This document shows positions 61,139 to 64,000 of a stretch of 64,000 nucleotides of DNA, piece after piece. The DNA is from Leptogorgia sarmentosa (lineage: Eukaryota). The notes below the pieces were generated by a model. The model worked only from the letters and a program-made list of their open reading frames with translations, ran no database searches and was not told where the DNA came from. The stretch covers positions 7,006,001 through 7,070,000 of the forward strand of contig OZ210884.1 in NCBI GenBank assembly GCA_964658305.1. Reading direction: 5' to 3'. Position 1 is the stretch's first letter, and the number at the start of each line of letters is the position of its first letter. A program made the position numbers and the translations under genes.

Positions 61139-62055
61139 TGTTAGGGTTGTGATGCATGGGCAAGTGTTGAAATACTGTATCCGTGTTCCCAGAGTGTAAG
61201 ACCATTTGTTTTGAAAGAAGTTAGTTTGTAAGGAAATGAACATTGGAGAGGAACATCTGCTAGCGCCACTGAAACAATTGTCCTGAAACTTGAAGCTAGT
61301 GATACGCTGCCCAGCTGCCATAATAAGCGTGCATTGTGTATTTTGCATACAAATTTGACAGCTTTTTATTAATCTGCTTATTTCATCAAGAAAACCTCAC
61401 AGCGCGAAAAAATCGTTTTATTAAAACTATATACTGAAGAACATATGATTGTTAAAGGTGCTGAAAAATTCGCATCATTTAACGACACTAAATTGGAGTC
61501 GTAATGCCAAGAAGGATTACAAGACTTTGTTCTCTTCTCGGAAAATTGATTTTAGTTTCTGTGTCGTGATATCAGCGGCCTTGCATTAATTTGCGCAATA
61601 TTTCGCTCTCCGTCGATATTGAAAAGTTACCCAGTTATAATGCAGTTACCCAGAGTACCTGAAATGCTGCTATATGTTACAGGCTATTTTATCGAGAAAC
61701 GTACATTTTTGACGACATATATAATAATTTATTAATATCCTATTCATCCATACTTCTCAAGGGAAACTGTTTAAATTCCGGTTCTCTTCACTGACATCAA
61801 GTCAAAGTAGACTAGCAATCACAATTCCACTCAATTTACCACCTGCGCGCGCTAAAACAGAATAATCGTTCCGAGAAAATAATTTTTTTGGAAAGAAGAA
61901 TCCCGAATAAAATCCAATAGGCGGACAAAAACGACCTTCACATGCACTTTTGTTTAAAAATCGATCAACCAAAAATTATAATGGATGTAGGCCATCCTAT
62001 TCCATACCGTAGATGAGATAACAGCAAACAAGAATGAATTTGCTGGTATATATAC

Positions 62056-63955
62056 GTCATCACGAGACCCTCTATTCATGTCTCCTCTTGTGAACCACCT
62101 TCTGAATCAAAGGAAAAGAGCCATACAAAACGGAAACACTGAAGCAAATACACGATTGCAAGAAAAAATCAACAAGCTAATTCGGGAAAATCAATTAAGC
62201 GCAGTCAAACAAGAGTTTGGAAATCAGAAAACTGGATCGAAAAGTTGGTGGTCTAACGTTAATAGCATTACCTCGAGAAAAAAGAAACATGATGTATCTG
62301 TAAGTGCCTCTCTAAACCCTCGTGAAATTAACAAATATTTTCAAAGTGTGAATACAGATCCAAATTATACGACTCCCGAGCCTCTCCAAATCTCCGAAGG
62401 AACAAGAATTCCTTCGTTGTCAATTCATGAAGTTCGACATTTTCTACTGAATCAAAAACGCTCTTCATCGGGTCCTGACAATCTGCCACATTGGTTTTGG
62501 AAATCGTTTGCTATTGAATTAGCTCCCATTGTCACAGAAATTTTTAATATGTCACTAAAAACCAGCAAGGTACCCCAGAAATGGAAATCCGCTAATTTAT
62601 TACCACTCCCTAAAGAATCACCATTAAATTCGTGTAACCAATTAAGACCAATCTCTCTAACTGACATCATCATGAGACTATTGGAGAAGTGCGTGTATAA
62701 ATCTGAAATCGCACCCGCCACAAGAAATAACATTGGTCCTGACCAATTCGCTTATAAAAAGGGTCACAACTCGACTATGGCCCTGATTAAATCCCAACAT
62801 CAATGGCTAGAGTGGCTGGATAAAAACGCTAATTATGTTAGAGTGCTATCCTTCGATTTCAGCAAAGCATTTGACAGTGTGCCCCACGATCTTTTGTTTG
62901 AAAAAGTTAAAAAGCTACCCATTAATCCGTATGTGGTGAACTGGTTAATTAGCTTTCTAGAAAACAGAACACAAAGAGTAACGGTTGATGGAATTGCCAC
63001 AGAATACTTACATATAAATCGTGGTGTGCCTCAAGGTACCGTTTTAGGTCCAGTTCTTTTCTCAATAATGGTTGATGATATTAAAACTGCTGATCCTAGT
63101 AACGCGTTAGTCAAATTTGCTGATGATTTGACGTTAGGAGTGCCTGGTAACGATAGTGGTGACACATCTCGATCTGAAGCTGCCTGTTTACAGGATTGGG
63201 CGGAAGAGAATAGAATGCCCCTAAACTTGGAAAAAACGTACGAAATGGTTGTTCGCAGAGACACCTCTGTAGTTTTGCCTGAGCATATTCCCTCAATTAA
63301 GCGAAAAACATGGTTAAAGCTTTTAGGAGTTACTCTACAAGATAATCCGTGCAACTGGGATTTGCACTTCGAAGAAATGCTAAAAAAAGCAAACGGACGA
63401 ATGTACATTATGAGAGTCTGCAAATACTATGGACTATCAACTAAACAATTAGATCTGCTGTTTGATAGTCTAATTATGTCGGTATTTACTTTTGCTATAG
63501 AACTGTGGGGTTGTGCATATGACGGTAAATATTTGAACCAAATAGACAAATTCATTAAACGTGCACATAGGAATGGTTATATCTCAAAACGAACACCCAT
63601 TAAAGAAATACGTGATAAGAGAGATAAGAAAATGTGGAACAAAATAACATCAACTGAAGACAATGCATTGCGTGAACTGCTGCCGGAAAAAAGAAATAGG
63701 TTACTTAGGCCTAGAGGGCATGAGTATGAACTCCCCCTAGTGAGAACAGAAAGATTCAAAAGGTCGTTTATAAATCGTTGTCTGTACAACTTTGTTTAGA
63801 CTTTAAAGTATTAAAACTTTTTATAACTTTTTATGATTCTTAACATACATTGTAAACATAACTATCTAGATCAATTATCTCTTGATTGTAAACTCAGACG
63901 GATGTATCTGAGTATTTTAATAAAGACTATTATTATTATTATTATTATTATTATA
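62056..63955 (+). mobile_element. 5'-truncated CR1/L2-group non-LTR retrotransposon
   Basis: RT ORF, short 3' UTR, AATAAA near 63919 and an (ATT)n microsatellite tail at about 63928-63953; no endonuclease domain in the retained part. Confidence 0.9.
62078..63799 (+). CDS. Non-LTR reverse transcriptase ORF2 fragment, uninterrupted 573 aa
   Basis: SSGPD, LRPISLT, QFAYKKGHNS, DFSKAFDSV, GVPQGTVLGP, FADD, KLLGV and C-terminal RTERFKRSF. Confidence 0.92.
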   Translation: MSPLVNHLLNQRKRAIQNGNTEANTRLQEKINKLIRENQLSAVKQEFGNQKTGSKSWWSNVNSITSRKKKHDVSVSASLNPREINKYFQSVNTDPNYTTPEPLQISEGTRIPSLSIHEVRHFLLNQKRSSSGPDNLPHWFWKSFAIELAPIVTEIFNMSLKTSKVPQKWKSANLLPLPKESPLNSCNQLRPISLTDIIMRLLEKCVYKSEIAPATRNNIGPDQFAYKKGHNSTMALIKSQHQWLEWLDKNANYVRVLSFDFSKAFDSVPHDLLFEKVKKLPINPYVVNWLISFLENRTQRVTVDGIATEYLHINRGVPQGTVLGPVLFSIMVDDIKTADPSNALVKFADDLTLGVPGNDSGDTSRSEAACLQDWAEENRMPLNLEKTYEMVVRRDTSVVLPEHIPSIKRKTWLKLLGVTLQDNPCNWDLHFEEMLKKANGRMYIMRVCKYYGLSTKQLDLLFDSLIMSVFTFAIELWGCAYDGKYLNQIDKFIKRAHRNGYISKRTPIKEIRDKRDKKMWNKITSTEDNALRELLPEKRNRLLRPRGHEYELPLVRTERFKRSFINRCLYNFV

Positions 63956-64000
63956 TCCAATTGTTTTTCTAAGTTCTGACTAGCAAACCCAAAAATGTTT

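Larger units (their letters stand above)
58623..61860. repeat. Tandem duplication of an ~818-bp non-coding unit; the second copy is split by an insertion
   Basis: ATAAGAATAGTAGAA occurs at 58623 and 59441. Copy 2 continues at 61139-61860 and closely matches 58678-59399. Confidence 0.92.

Overview
AT-rich, intron-containing animal genomic DNA; the gene set and repeat style suggest a cnidarian (inference only). Host genes reconstructed by hand across splice sites: an intronless rhodopsin-class GPCR (-), a Ser/Thr-rich mucin/SEA-like membrane protein (+), a tetraspanin (-), GALK2 (-) head-to-head with a C2-GRAM-myotubularin-FYVE gene (+), an Amt ammonium transporter (+) and a CYP4V-like P450 (-). 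The right end holds a truncated hAT transposase, nested 8-bp-TSD non-autonomous elements inside an ~818-bp tandem duplication, and a 5'-truncated CR1/L2-group LINE. Two signals stand out. (1) An intact Crypton-type tyrosine-recombinase element (31645-33465) and a non-coding element (48988-49508) share an asymmetric TTTATTATATGG inverted pair and a long terminal hairpin. The hairpins differ in sequence, yet their internal mismatches are mostly tandem GA/GA with a GNA triloop on the same relative strand, suggesting a strand-specific folded ssDNA recombination site. (2) A ~130-nt tandem array in GALK2 intron 1 has a consensus that folds as a type I hammerhead ribozyme (decayed retrozyme-like array). 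All exon boundaries are manual calls without transcript data.
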